Under the pieces are notes generated by a model. The model saw nothing but the letters and a program-made list of their open reading frames with translations, did no database searches and was not told the DNA's origin. Below are positions 36,352 to 45,350 of a stretch of DNA of 52,942 nucleotides, one piece after another. Position 1 is the first letter of the stretch, and every line of letters starts with the position of its first letter. This DNA comes from a virus (taxonomy: Duplodnaviria; Caudoviricetes), in IMG/VR virus record IMGVR_UViG_3300036774_000105, positions 1-52,942 of that record. One strand, 5' to 3'. Position numbers and translations under genes: made by a program.

Positions 36352-37242
36352 TCACCCCTCCTTTAGTGCCTTGCGTATTTTATTCTCAAGGTGCGGATAC
36401 TTCTTGATAAACCCTTCAACACCCAGCGCCTCCCATTCATTGTGGGCCTCGGGACTGAGCATCAACCAGTTCTCTGGAATGTCTCGCTCGGGCTCCGCAC
36501 CCCCCGCCCCCTGGCTCTTGATGTGATGTCTATGCCCGCTCCCATTCGGCGCTGCTTGTGTGGGGCCTATATAGATTCCTGTCGCCTCACAGATCGGATT
36601 CGCCTCGCGGTATTCATCTGCGCTCACCGTCGCGTCATGCAGTACCAATTTCTTTCTGTTGATCTCATGACGCCATTCCAACCAGTAGCGCTCTATATCG
36701 CTGGACTGTTCCATGGGAACGCCCCGCGCGGCGATCCTGTTGAAAAGGTATTCAATATGCCGGTGCATCTGCAGCGTGTCAAAGTCGCTTGATGTTTTGT
36801 ACACCCAAGCCCTGCACATCCCATTCCCGATCGGGACTACGTCCCGCACCTTTACACCGAACTGGGGAAGGTCCTCTACGTCCTCCAATCGGACAGTGAT
36901 CGCCTTCGCTGGGGCCAGCTTTTTCATGTCCTCCTGGTAGAGGCTGTCAGCGGTTGCTCCCTCATGATCGATCCCTTCATTCGTGAGATCGGCCAGGACT
37001 GTATAAAGAGCCCACATAAGGGCGTTCTGTCCGCCGCTCCGCTTCTGGTAATGAATCGTGATATCGACGTCCAGATCATAAAGCTCGCCCTTCTCCTCCT
37101 GCTTTCTTGCCAGGCGATCCATTACCTTCCGAAGCCGCGGGAGACTGAAATCGTCGACCTTGAACAGAATGTAGCCCAGAGGAAATCCCCAGCGGCTTCT
37201 CCATTTCATGTCCCAGGACCCGGCAAAGTGAGCGGTGGCCAT
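36352..37242 (-). CDS. NinB-like protein fused to an HNH-like domain
   Basis: KRSGGQNALMWAL (NinB-like); CEATG...HHIKSQGAGG...NWLMLS..AHNE (HNH-like). Confidence 0.55.
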   Translation of the reverse strand: MATAHFAGSWDMKWRSRWGFPLGYILFKVDDFSLPRLRKVMDRLARKQEEKGELYDLDVDITIHYQKRSGGQNALMWALYTVLADLTNEGIDHEGATADSLYQEDMKKLAPAKAITVRLEDVEDLPQFGVKVRDVVPIGNGMCRAWVYKTSSDFDTLQMHRHIEYLFNRIAARGVPMEQSSDIERYWLEWRHEINRKKLVLHDATVSADEYREANPICEATGIYIGPTQAAPNGSGHRHHIKSQGAGGAEPERDIPENWLMLSPEAHNEWEALGVEGFIKKYPHLENKIRKALKEG

Positions 37243-37433
37243 CAGAGATGACCTTTTTCTATGGACAAAAGAGGCTCCCCTGTCTTAGGGCAGGATGCCC
37301 ACCAGCTGTAATCTTTTGCTGGCCTACGAAGACGGCTGAACTCCATCATTCCGTGTTTCTTCCCGCAGCGCGGGCATTTAAGGACAGGGATCATGGCCCT
37401 GTCGTATATGTCCTTTCGCCTCACAGGTTTCAT
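37242..37433 (-). CDS. Small Zn-ribbon protein
   Basis: CPRCG..H...CPKTG; ATGA coupling. Confidence 0.45.
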   Translation of the reverse strand: MKPVRRKDIYDRAMIPVLKCPRCGKKHGMMEFSRLRRPAKDYSWWASCPKTGEPLLSIEKGHL

Positions 37434-37741
37434 TTTCTGCTCCATTTCCTTGGCTCCGTACAAGTAGTGAAGTGCGATGTGCTGTCCGCGTTCACGGGCA
37501 CAGTCTTCCCTGTTGCGGGGTTTTTCCACCACCACATCGGGGCACCACACGATCTGCAGGCCGTCGGTCTGTTCTTGAAGATGTAATCGGGAACCGGCAG
37601 CACCTTTGGCTTCTTCTTTGGTTTCGGGTCTCCCAGAATTGTCTCCTCCTCGATTGCGCCAGACGCCAGATCCATCATGTATGTTTCGTAGTCCACACCC
37701 ATTTGTTCCGCAGCGATCATATCATCGGCTATCTCACCCAT
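37430..37741 (-). CDS. Hypothetical Zn-binding protein
   Basis: MGEIADDMI...CRSCGAP.WW...SHFTTC. Confidence 0.55.
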   Translation of the reverse strand: MGEIADDMIAAEQMGVDYETYMMDLASGAIEEETILGDPKPKKKPKVLPVPDYIFKNRPTACRSCGAPMWWWKNPATGKTVPVNADSTSHFTTCTEPRKWSRK

Positions 37742-37916
37742 GGCCTTGCTCCTTCCATGTACATTCCCGGCATTTCTTCCGGCGATGCAGCCCCTGGGAA
37801 ACTTTATTGTTGACGGTATGCCCACATTCCAAGGTAAAGACATACCGTCCCTCGGCTTTCAAAGGGCAGCTCTCGCTTCTGTATTGATCCACCTTCATGA
37901 CCCGGCGCATAGTCAT
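37734..37916 (-). CDS. Small hypothetical protein
   Basis: LECGH...CREC; ATGA coupling. Confidence 0.45.
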   Translation of the reverse strand: MTMRRVMKVDQYRSESCPLKAEGRYVFTLECGHTVNNKVSQGLHRRKKCRECTWKEQGHG

Positions 37917-38086
37917 GCTCTTGGCTCCGGGGCCTGCGCGTAGATCGCGTCCATCTTGCCCGCCAGCATGTCGGCCTGGGCCTCCTCCAAGGGCTTGTTC
38001 ATTGCCCCGACGAATTGTCTGCCATTTTTCCAGACGGCATAAATCCAGAAAGCCCTTGCCGCCACCCTTCTCTCTTCTTGTGTCAT
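37913..38086 (-). CDS. Small hypothetical protein
   Basis: MTQEERR..., AAGGAG RBS. Confidence 0.45.
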   Translation of the reverse strand: MTQEERRVAARAFWIYAVWKNGRQFVGAMNKPLEEAQADMLAGKMDAIYAQAPEPRA

Positions 38087-38403
38087 TTCCGTCTCCTTGA
38101 AAATCGAAAGAATGCCCGTCGCGGTTTGGCTGGCGCATCCGGCCTGGCGTATCCCATTGGTGCGCCCGGAAGAAACTTGTAAAGGCTGGGCCAACTGGCT
38201 TTCCATTCCGCCTCAATCTGTTGAAAGAAGCCGCGCTGTTGCTGGTAGCGTTTATACGCATCGACCTCTTCGGGAAACCCAAGGCCAATCTGATTGATTT
38301 CCGTCTCGCTCGCCGCAACCATGGCCACGAACAGAACAGAATAGAAATGGCTGCTCATTCCATACCGCCACTCGCAGAGATGTTTATCCCCTTGGCGGAT
38401 CAT
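38083..38403 (-). CDS. Hypothetical protein
   Basis: MIRQGDKHL..., ATGA coupling on both sides. Confidence 0.5.
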   Translation of the reverse strand: MIRQGDKHLCEWRYGMSSHFYSVLFVAMVAASETEINQIGLGFPEEVDAYKRYQQQRGFFQQIEAEWKASWPSLYKFLPGAPMGYARPDAPAKPRRAFFRFSRRRK

Positions 38404-38924
38404 ACCGGCTGTCCTTCCAGGCTGGGGTCTCCCGCGTCTAGAGCCATTTCTCTGGACACCGTATGATGTTCCGGATCCGGTTCGCTGGCATCCATTTCTG
38501 GCGCAGGCTGTTTCTCCAGCCATTCGAATGCCTTTGCCTTTTCGACCGCGATCAACCGTGCCATGGCTGTAGACAGAACGTAAGGCTTGTTCCTCTTGCA
38601 TCTTGCCCTGCCGAATGCGATCTGTTTTGCCCGTGCATAGTTGAAGTGATCGACTCCTGGTTTGCACAGTGCCCACCCGAACTCTCCGGCTTCCGTCAGC
38701 ACAACACACCCGAAAGGAACGCTTGCAATTGCGGGCCTCACCATGATCAGGGTACCAGCACTCAATTCGGAAACAGGAGAGAAGCCCGGTCTGAAGTCAA
38801 ATCCCGCCGTGCGCAGTATCCTTGCCACGGTTACCCGTGTGTCATGATCCGCCGCAAAATGCACCACACGCGTGGGTTCTTGTGGTGTCTTCAGGTAATG
38901 GATGTACTCACGTTTCATGCCCAT
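38400..38924 (-). CDS. Hypothetical protein
   Basis: GWALC...DHFN....KQIAFGRA phage-type motif. Confidence 0.55.
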   Translation of the reverse strand: MGMKREYIHYLKTPQEPTRVVHFAADHDTRVTVARILRTAGFDFRPGFSPVSELSAGTLIMVRPAIASVPFGCVVLTEAGEFGWALCKPGVDHFNYARAKQIAFGRARCKRNKPYVLSTAMARLIAVEKAKAFEWLEKQPAPEMDASEPDPEHHTVSREMALDAGDPSLEGQPV

Positions 38925-39511
38925 AGATTTATCTCCTCTCTATAGTACCTTGCGACAAGGTTTTCACCTTCTCGAATATCGGTCAATAATTCCATACCCT
39001 TCCTGGGTTCCAGGGCGTAGCGCCCGCTGTCTTTCAGATATACAAGAAGGCCGTCCATCTTTTCCCACCCCGGGTGGGCCCGAACATAAAGGGCAACTTG
39101 CTTTTTATGCCAGGGTGCAGAGACTCCACTTTTCAGATCCGTGACGACCAGTCTATTTCTGATGCGCAGCATTCGGTCGACTCTTCCGCAATAGCCCAGG
39201 ACTTCATCGCCCACGAAATATTCAATATCAGCGATCTGCACTCCCAGGTCTCTTTTAAATGCCCGCCATGCCCCGAGGCGTCCCTTGATTGCGGGGTCCA
39301 CTGTTGTTTCATCCAGGATTCCCTGGTCATCCAGTGTGCAGACCCTATGCACCATTTTCCCAAAGTGGCGGTGGTATTCCGTGTAGTACCGAACGTCGAC
39401 TAATCCCGCATCTCGAAGAATGCGAGAGACGGCAGGGACTTCCCGCCGCCTCTCTCCATTACGGAAAAAGTATCGATGCCCTTCTTCCTCGAACTCGATC
39501 TCAGCGCTCAC
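38915..39511 (-). CDS. PD-(D/E)XK nuclease (Cas4/lambda exonuclease-like)
   Basis: HRYF..PAVSRIL, GKMVH, YCGRVD, TDLKSG, QVALY. Confidence 0.75.
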   Translation of the reverse strand: MSAEIEFEEEGHRYFFRNGERRREVPAVSRILRDAGLVDVRYYTEYHRHFGKMVHRVCTLDDQGILDETTVDPAIKGRLGAWRAFKRDLGVQIADIEYFVGDEVLGYCGRVDRMLRIRNRLVVTDLKSGVSAPWHKKQVALYVRAHPGWEKMDGLLVYLKDSGRYALEPRKGMELLTDIREGENLVARYYREEINLWA

Positions 39512-40323
39512 ACCGAGTACCGTGTCTTGCCCGCGTCGTACGCGCGGGATCCGGGATAGTTCCATTCCGCTTTCAGGGCTCGGGCGGATGCATTCATTGC
39601 GGACTCGACCGGCTCTATGAAGCTCCAGGGCGGAGCCCCATCCCCGCCTTTCACAATCGCAGCAACCAGGACTTTGAAATCGGTGACCTCTGCTTTCCAG
39701 TTCTGCTGGACACTTCTGCCCGCGACCCCCACGGGAGCAGCTGTCTTTACGGGTGCAACATCTACAGGCGTTTCAAGGACGCGATCCCTGGCAACGAAAT
39801 CCTCCACCGCTTCCAGCTTCCCTGCCAGGGCCAACTTTTCTTCCTCGGCTTTTTGCTTCGCCTCCTTTTCCTTTTTCGCGTCCTCCGCCGCGATGCGCTT
39901 CCTTTCATCAGCAAGCCAGATGTTGGCCTTCTTGTCGACCTCTGCCTTTGCCTGCTTGTAAGGGTTCTTCATGCTTCCGATCAGAGACGTGAACCACTTG
40001 TGCAGGGTGTCCGCAGCAGATCGACCCTCTTCAAGCTTCTTATTATCGTCGATAGCCTTGATTGCCAGGACACAACGCTTGCCAAGATCGCACGCTCTCT
40101 CGTAGCTCACCTGGTCTACCACCGTCATGGCCATGGCCTGTTTCAGCACCAACTCTGCGGTTGAGCGCACAAGCCCGACCTCTTCTGCGGTAGGAACGTC
40201 CTGCACCTTCTGCAGCAAGGCAACGGTTGCCTCGATCTGGCGCTTTGCGGTTGTCAGTTCCTGTTCGGGAACCGTGACAACCTTTTCCTCTTCAAACAGT
40301 TCGATGTCGACTCGCCCCATCAT
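39508..40323 (-). CDS. Coiled-coil protein of the recombination module
   Basis: Charged helical protein between the annealase and nuclease. Confidence 0.6.
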   Translation of the reverse strand: MMGRVDIELFEEEKVVTVPEQELTTAKRQIEATVALLQKVQDVPTAEEVGLVRSTAELVLKQAMAMTVVDQVSYERACDLGKRCVLAIKAIDDNKKLEEGRSAADTLHKWFTSLIGSMKNPYKQAKAEVDKKANIWLADERKRIAAEDAKKEKEAKQKAEEEKLALAGKLEAVEDFVARDRVLETPVDVAPVKTAAPVGVAGRSVQQNWKAEVTDFKVLVAAIVKGGDGAPPWSFIEPVESAMNASARALKAEWNYPGSRAYDAGKTRYSV

Positions 40324-41396
40324 TTCACTCCTTCCTTGAGTCCATGATCCGCCATGCGGTTCGTGAGCATCTGATTCCACTGAACCGCCAGATCACGCAG
40401 CCTTGTGACATTATCCCCCGCGTCCTTTCCTTCCTTTGTCATGGCCACAAGCTCATCCTCTGTGGTCAGGTAGAAGCAGTCGGCCCTTCCTTCGGGAATA
40501 AGTTTCAGTGATTTCCCCGCCGCATCCAGCAGCGGCCCCTGGGCGGTATAAACGCGGGCCAGCCTGATATAGGTGCTATTCAGGTTGGCCTTTGCCGCCT
40601 CGATTTCTTGTGCTGTTGCTGGTTTTTCTTCAAGCAGCTTTCCTTCTGTATCCGTTTTCACACCCCCGACCGCCTGGGGTTCCTTGACATTCGGAGTGAC
40701 GTCGATCACGTCATCCTCGCTTTCAATCTCGGCATCCACAAAGGGCATGCCACGCAGAACATCCCGGAAGCAAAGACGGAATGCCTGGCCTATGGCGCAC
40801 TTTTGCGTCATGAAATGTCCGCGCTTCTGCCAGACGCTGTTCGGGTAGGGCGTGCCGTTCACCCATTTCAGCATCACCGTCTCCAGGTAGCGGACCTTCC
40901 AGACGAACTCCCGAGGCCAGTCCCTGCGCTTGATGTGAATCGCAACAGTGTACGCGGACTTTTTCCATTCCTTCGCATCGGCCATGATCTCGCCGCTCTC
41001 TTCAAGGACCCAGTATTCCAGGCGCCCCGTAGCCTCGGCGCGGTCTATATAGACCTCATAGCCCACCACGGGAACAAGCGTCCCGCCCTTCGAATCATCG
41101 TCGGAATCCTTTCCGATCTTCACGGCATGAATCTCGCGTTTCAGCGGGTTCAGTTGCCATTCGTGGGCAACCGCCACGAACAGTTCCATCTGTTCATCGT
41201 TCAGGTTCTTGGCAATCCCCATGATGCGGAAGGCTTCGATGATTCCCTGTTTTGTGATGGTTTCCTTCGTATGAACTCTTGGCGCCTCCTCAAATGGAAC
41301 CATGGCCTTCTCCGGGATCGGGGGTTCCTTTTTTGCTGGGGCTTTCTTCTTTGCGGCTGTCTTTTTGGTAGACGCCTTCGCCTTGCTTTTAGTCAC
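40320..41396 (-). CDS. bet: Bet/RecT-family single-strand annealing protein
   Basis: LNPLKREIH, VVGYEVY..RA, W.KR.HFM..KCAIGQAFR..F; AAGGAGG RBS before GTG. Confidence 0.8.
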   Translation of the reverse strand: MTKSKAKASTKKTAAKKKAPAKKEPPIPEKAMVPFEEAPRVHTKETITKQGIIEAFRIMGIAKNLNDEQMELFVAVAHEWQLNPLKREIHAVKIGKDSDDDSKGGTLVPVVGYEVYIDRAEATGRLEYWVLEESGEIMADAKEWKKSAYTVAIHIKRRDWPREFVWKVRYLETVMLKWVNGTPYPNSVWQKRGHFMTQKCAIGQAFRLCFRDVLRGMPFVDAEIESEDDVIDVTPNVKEPQAVGGVKTDTEGKLLEEKPATAQEIEAAKANLNSTYIRLARVYTAQGPLLDAAGKSLKLIPEGRADCFYLTTEDELVAMTKEGKDAGDNVTRLRDLAVQWNQMLTNRMADHGLKEGVK

Positions 41397-41521
41397 AATT
41401 TCCTCCTTGACGATTGTATGCTGGCGAAGTAGAATTACCTCGCTCAACAGGGACCATGCCCCTGTTCCTCATGCGCGGCGCCGGGCCTTCGGGTTCGGCG
41501 CTTTTTTTACCTCCTTCCCGC

Positions 41522-41550
41522 AGTCTATCATTAAGCAATCTGTTGTGCAA
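41522..41550 (-). promoter_or_regulatory. Sigma70-type promoter TTGCAC-17-TAGACT
   Basis: Directly after a terminator; shares taatgaTAGA with the 46404 promoter. Confidence 0.55.
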
Positions 41551-41551
41551 C

Positions 41552-41589
41552 AAAAAAAGAGGGGGGAGAGGATTTCTCCTCGCCCCCTC
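41552..41589 (-). terminator. Intrinsic terminator
   Basis: GAGGGGG...CCCCCTC stem followed by T7. Confidence 0.7.
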
Positions 41590-41633
41590 CGGCCAGTGTG
41601 CCGCCGAAACTGCGCTCCACCAGCCTTCTTTCT

Positions 41634-41810
41634 TTACCATTTCATCCTCCCTATGATCTTCAGTAGCTCATCTCCTGTGGTGCTCAGGTCATCCAGGAGA
41701 TTCTGGGTCATGATCGCCTGGTCCCTGTTGTAGATGACTGTTGGAGCCTTCAGGAACTTCGCGATCTTTTCGATCCTGTCCAGCTCTTCATGTGTCAGGA
41801 CTCGGTTCAT
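41634..41810 (-). CDS. Small hypothetical protein (58 aa, below cutoff)
   Basis: MNRVLTHEELDRIEKIAKFL..., strong AGGAGGGAGG RBS. Confidence 0.55.
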   Translation of the reverse strand: MNRVLTHEELDRIEKIAKFLKAPTVIYNRDQAIMTQNLLDDLSTTGDELLKIIGRMKW

Positions 41811-41925
41811 CCTCCCTCCTTGACGAAAGCGGAGGCGCGGCCTACATTCGAGCCGTGCGGCTCCATGCGGCCGTACTTCCTTTCTTCAGTCGGGCCGGGG
41901 TCCATGCTCTCCCCGGCCCTTTCTT

Positions 41926-43002
41926 TCACGAGGCGAGCACCTTCCACTCAGACGGGCTGAGCTCGACGATCTCCCCTCCGATCCGCTCCGCCTCGTACTG
42001 GCGGTCAACATCCTTCAGGTCATGCGCGAGCATATTGACGCCATTCGCCAATCCCCAGCGGCTCATGTTTGCCTTTCCGCCGAGCAACACATTTTCCATA
42101 ACCCTCTGCCCTTCGTCTTTCGTCAGGGCAAAGCGTTTCGTGACGTTTACAATCACCTCATCCATCGGCTTTGCTATCCGGTCATCGATAGCTCCCTCCG
42201 CCTTCATGAGGAAGTCCTGGAGGTTTGCGGGGTCCATGGCGTCCCTGATGATATCCCTGGCCCGCAGGCGGATCAGCTCGATCTCCTTTTTCAGGGTTTC
42301 CTCGCTCCAGATGTTCCCCACACCGCCCTCACCGTTTTCAAGCTCTCGGCCCAGGTGGTACTGGCGCAGGACGCTTTCCCTGATGGCTCCATTCCAGCAG
42401 ACCAGGTTCCAGGTCATCTTGCGAATGTCCAGGGCGGCATGCCCTGTCTCGCTGTTGCGAATGGTGATCCCCGCCATGATAGTGATGGGCTCCTTGAGGA
42501 ACTCATGCTTGTGGGGCTCTATGTCCACGCGGGCTTTGGGGAATACGACCTGCAGGTACATGTTCGTTTCGCTTACGGCGTATGTGCGCATGAGCATTTC
42601 CGCCGCGCTCAGATCCTTGAGGGATGGAATGATCGCATCCAGAAGCATGAAGTTGTCCAGGGGTTTGAACCTGGCCCCCAATACCGCCCGCACGTTCCCA
42701 TCCAGGGTCCGTATCAGGCGTTTTTCCTCCGGTTCCTGCCTTGACCATGCATTCACGTTGTACTCGCGCAGGCCCGGAACTTCCGCCGTCTTTCTGTAGT
42801 AGTCTATCGGGATTCCCACCCGATCGGCCAACTGGCGATGTGCGCTTTGCGTGATGCCAAACGTCCCCAGTCCTTCAAGGTCCAGATGCTCGGGGTCTGT
42901 CATCGTTACCTGTTTCATCCGGGGCAGGTAATCCTGTTTCGCCTTTTCCACTCTGGCGATCTCGTCCGTGAATGCCCTGAAATGCTCGAAGTTGCTCCTC
43001 AT
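41926..43002 (-). CDS. DUF932-like phage protein
   Basis: LIRTLDGNVRAVLG.RFKPLDN, IRNSETG, LVCWNG, WGLANGVN; AGGAGG RBS. Confidence 0.65.
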   Translation of the reverse strand: MRSNFEHFRAFTDEIARVEKAKQDYLPRMKQVTMTDPEHLDLEGLGTFGITQSAHRQLADRVGIPIDYYRKTAEVPGLREYNVNAWSRQEPEEKRLIRTLDGNVRAVLGARFKPLDNFMLLDAIIPSLKDLSAAEMLMRTYAVSETNMYLQVVFPKARVDIEPHKHEFLKEPITIMAGITIRNSETGHAALDIRKMTWNLVCWNGAIRESVLRQYHLGRELENGEGGVGNIWSEETLKKEIELIRLRARDIIRDAMDPANLQDFLMKAEGAIDDRIAKPMDEVIVNVTKRFALTKDEGQRVMENVLLGGKANMSRWGLANGVNMLAHDLKDVDRQYEAERIGGEIVELSPSEWKVLAS

Positions 43003-43048
43003 GACGTCCTCCTGAGAATGATCTGATACTGCCAGCAACGCTGGCGTA

Positions 43049-43140
43049 TGCCGGACCAGGGAGTCGAACCCTGCTTGCGATCCGCTCGCGTCCCACACGG
43101 CTTGTTACTGCCTTCCCTACCATGAGCCTCGCATCCGGCA
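43049..43140 (-). ncRNA. tRNA-like element (acceptor stem + T arm, non-canonical core)
   Basis: GCCGGAU...CAGGG-UUCGACU-CCCUG-GUCCGGC-A; intergenic. Confidence 0.45.
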
Positions 43141-43248
43141 AAGAAACCGGCGCCGCCTGTCCATCGTGCAGCGCCGGAACGACCGGGCCGAACCCGCATA
43201 GTTCAGCCCTTGATATAGAGTATCTCTTCCCCGATAGGACCTCCTTGC

Positions 43249-43551
43249 TCACCCACAATTTCCCGCGATTAGAAGGCTCGCGGTTGCCCGTTTGTCATCC
43301 GCTCGACGAGCGGCTTTCATCATTTTACGAATCGCACCGTACTCGCTTGCGACTCCCACGAACTGCCCTTCCCTGTAGACGCGGTCGGTCCCCCACTTTT
43401 TTGCCCAGCCCGGGGCGAAGTGATACCACTGCCTTCCGCATGCGCATGCCCCCATGCCCAGGCGACCAGTGTAGTCTTTCAGGTACTTCCTGCAGCACGC
43501 CTTGCGTGAACCGCCCACCTCTTGAAGCTGCCCCGCGGTGATGCGCGTCAT
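43249..43551 (-). CDS. Hypothetical protein
   Basis: 100 aa, ATGA-coupled to ssb. Confidence 0.5.
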   Translation of the reverse strand: MTRITAGQLQEVGGSRKACCRKYLKDYTGRLGMGACACGRQWYHFAPGWAKKWGTDRVYREGQFVGVASEYGAIRKMMKAARRADDKRATASLLIAGNCG

Positions 43552-44072
43552 ACCATGTCCACGTATTCGAGGATCACTTCCAGGGCTTCCTGGTAAGAAT
43601 GCGAAGCAGTGACCCGTTTCTGCATTATGGAAACGAGTCCTCCTTCCCCGTTTTCCCGAAGTGCCGCGGATGCCCTTCCGGTGATTGAGAATATGTTCCC
43701 ATCACCAGTGGCTCTTATTGAAGGCTTTTTCTTTTCATCCTTCGTGAATGTATCCGCCATGAACTCTATGTTCTCGGCATAGATGATGACCTTGCTCCGC
43801 TTCTCTCCCTGGTCGGTATCCCACCGCTCCTGGCGCAGTCTTCCCACCACGCGGACCTGGCGTCCCTTCCCCAGTGTCTTGCGCATGGTTTCCGCCAACC
43901 GGTCCCTGGAGGAGACAACGAAAAAGTTGACCTCGGGCGTTCCCCCACCCGGGGGATAGCGAATGCATGCAATGTTGAATCGGCAGATTTCAACGCCCTT
44001 TCCGTCTTTTTCGAACTCGGGGTGATCGCTCACCTTTCCTTCGAGTAGAACGTTGTTCACATCACTTCCCAT
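43548..44072 (-). CDS. ssb: Single-stranded DNA-binding protein with fused C-terminal domain
   Basis: VNNVLLEGK..DHPE, KGRQVRVVGRLRQERW...RSKVIIYAENIEF. Confidence 0.85.
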   Translation of the reverse strand: MGSDVNNVLLEGKVSDHPEFEKDGKGVEICRFNIACIRYPPGGGTPEVNFFVVSSRDRLAETMRKTLGKGRQVRVVGRLRQERWDTDQGEKRSKVIIYAENIEFMADTFTKDEKKKPSIRATGDGNIFSITGRASAALRENGEGGLVSIMQKRVTASHSYQEALEVILEYVDMV

Positions 44073-44170
44073 ACAGACCTCCTCTGTCCTGATTCCATTG
44101 ATCGCTCGTTCGGATTGCGATCCGTGGTTTACGGTGCCAGGAAGCGGGGGCTCCTGGTCACCGCCGTCAC

Positions 44171-44386
44171 CTACTCTGTGGGGTCTCCGTTTTCATTGTG
44201 TTCGGGAATCTTCGGCCCCACAAGGAACTCGAGTCCCGTCATCTCAGTGATGCGGCATTTCGTCATCTTGTTCAGCCAGGGGAGGATGTCCGTCTGCCCC
44301 AGTGCTGTCCAGATTTCATGAATTGCCACACCATCGTTTCTGCATTCCAGCAGTTCTCCGTCCAGATGAATCTCGGTTGTTTTCAC
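44171..44386 (-). CDS. Hypothetical protein
   Basis: 71 aa, GGAGGAGG RBS. Confidence 0.5.
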   Translation of the reverse strand: MKTTEIHLDGELLECRNDGVAIHEIWTALGQTDILPWLNKMTKCRITEMTGLEFLVGPKIPEHNENGDPTE

Positions 44387-44769
44387 GCCCCTCCTCCCAG
44401 CAGGCCCAGCAACCAGTCGGGTGGCCCTCCTGCCCTTCCCCGTATCGGCGCACGCAGCGCTCGCACCCTGGGGTCATCATCGGCAAGCTCTTGTTCTTTC
44501 CCGTCCATGAACTGGACCCAGTCGTCCATGAAGTGAAAGGCATGCAGTCCGTCGAGTGTCCCCTTCCAGGCGTATTGATCGTGTTGCGATGCTTTCGCGG
44601 CTTCGTCATCCACGAAGACCACCATGAGTCCCGTCCTGGCCCAGTTGTTCATTGCCTCGTCGTAGTGGTAATGGTGCCCATTTTTCATGACGGCAAACTC
44701 TACAACTTCCTGGTTTGCGCATCCCAATATTTCCATGGCCGTTCGAACCGTTCCCAGTCGTACCAACAT
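44383..44769 (-). CDS. Hypothetical protein
   Basis: 128 aa, AAGGAG RBS. Confidence 0.55.
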   Translation of the reverse strand: MLVRLGTVRTAMEILGCANQEVVEFAVMKNGHHYHYDEAMNNWARTGLMVVFVDDEAAKASQHDQYAWKGTLDGLHAFHFMDDWVQFMDGKEQELADDDPRVRALRAPIRGRAGGPPDWLLGLLGGGA

Positions 44770-44823
44770 CAGCTTTCTCCTTCCATTTTCCCCTGGCTAC
44801 GCAGAATGTCTGCGTAGCCTTTG

Positions 44824-45147
44824 TTATATGATCCCCTGGATTTTTCGCGCGAGTCCAATACTCGCCGTCAGCCCCATGAAGATTTCCATCAACTTTTCCG
44901 TCGAGTATCCCATGCATTCCGCCGCCACAATGCGTCCGGAGATATTGTTTCTCAGTTTCTCCAGCGCCACCTCGGCCTTCGAGGGTTCCCACTGGCGGAT
45001 TCCCTTCAGTAGTTCACGGTCGCTATAGCGGTAGCGCCGATCAGGAGCATTGGGCTCCATCAGCCTTTCGATCTCCCTTCCCGCCGGAGACTGCCAGTAC
45101 AGTCTGTCCAGCTCTTCCTGTTCAAGACGAACCCTATTGCGCTTCAT
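44824..45147 (-). CDS. Hypothetical protein
   Basis: 107 aa, AAGGAG RBS. Confidence 0.55.
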   Translation of the reverse strand: MKRNRVRLEQEELDRLYWQSPAGREIERLMEPNAPDRRYRYSDRELLKGIRQWEPSKAEVALEKLRNNISGRIVAAECMGYSTEKLMEIFMGLTASIGLARKIQGII

Positions 45148-45350
45148 GCCGTTTCTCCTTTTCTCGTTTCAACAGGAAACCGTATGTTCTGGAATGCGAT
45201 GCTGACTTTTGCCTCAAGCATTCCTTTTCTCATTTCCATTCCCGCGATGATGGCTGCCTGTAATCGACCCCATCCCTTTCTTTGAAGCTGGTAGGCGCGT
45301 TCCTTCCTCACGCCAGCCCGCGCCTTTCGAATCATTTCTCGTGTCCCCAT
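45144..45350 (-). CDS. Small basic hypothetical protein
   Basis: 68 aa; overlaps the 3' tail of the receiver-like ORF. Confidence 0.45.
   Translation of the reverse strand: MGTREMIRKARAGVRKERAYQLQRKGWGRLQAAIIAGMEMRKGMLEAKVSIAFQNIRFPVETRKGETA

Noticed and set aside
38915-39511. CRISPR-associated Cas4
   Set aside because: No Fe-S cysteine cluster, and it sits in a Bet recombination module, so a phage exonuclease is more likely.
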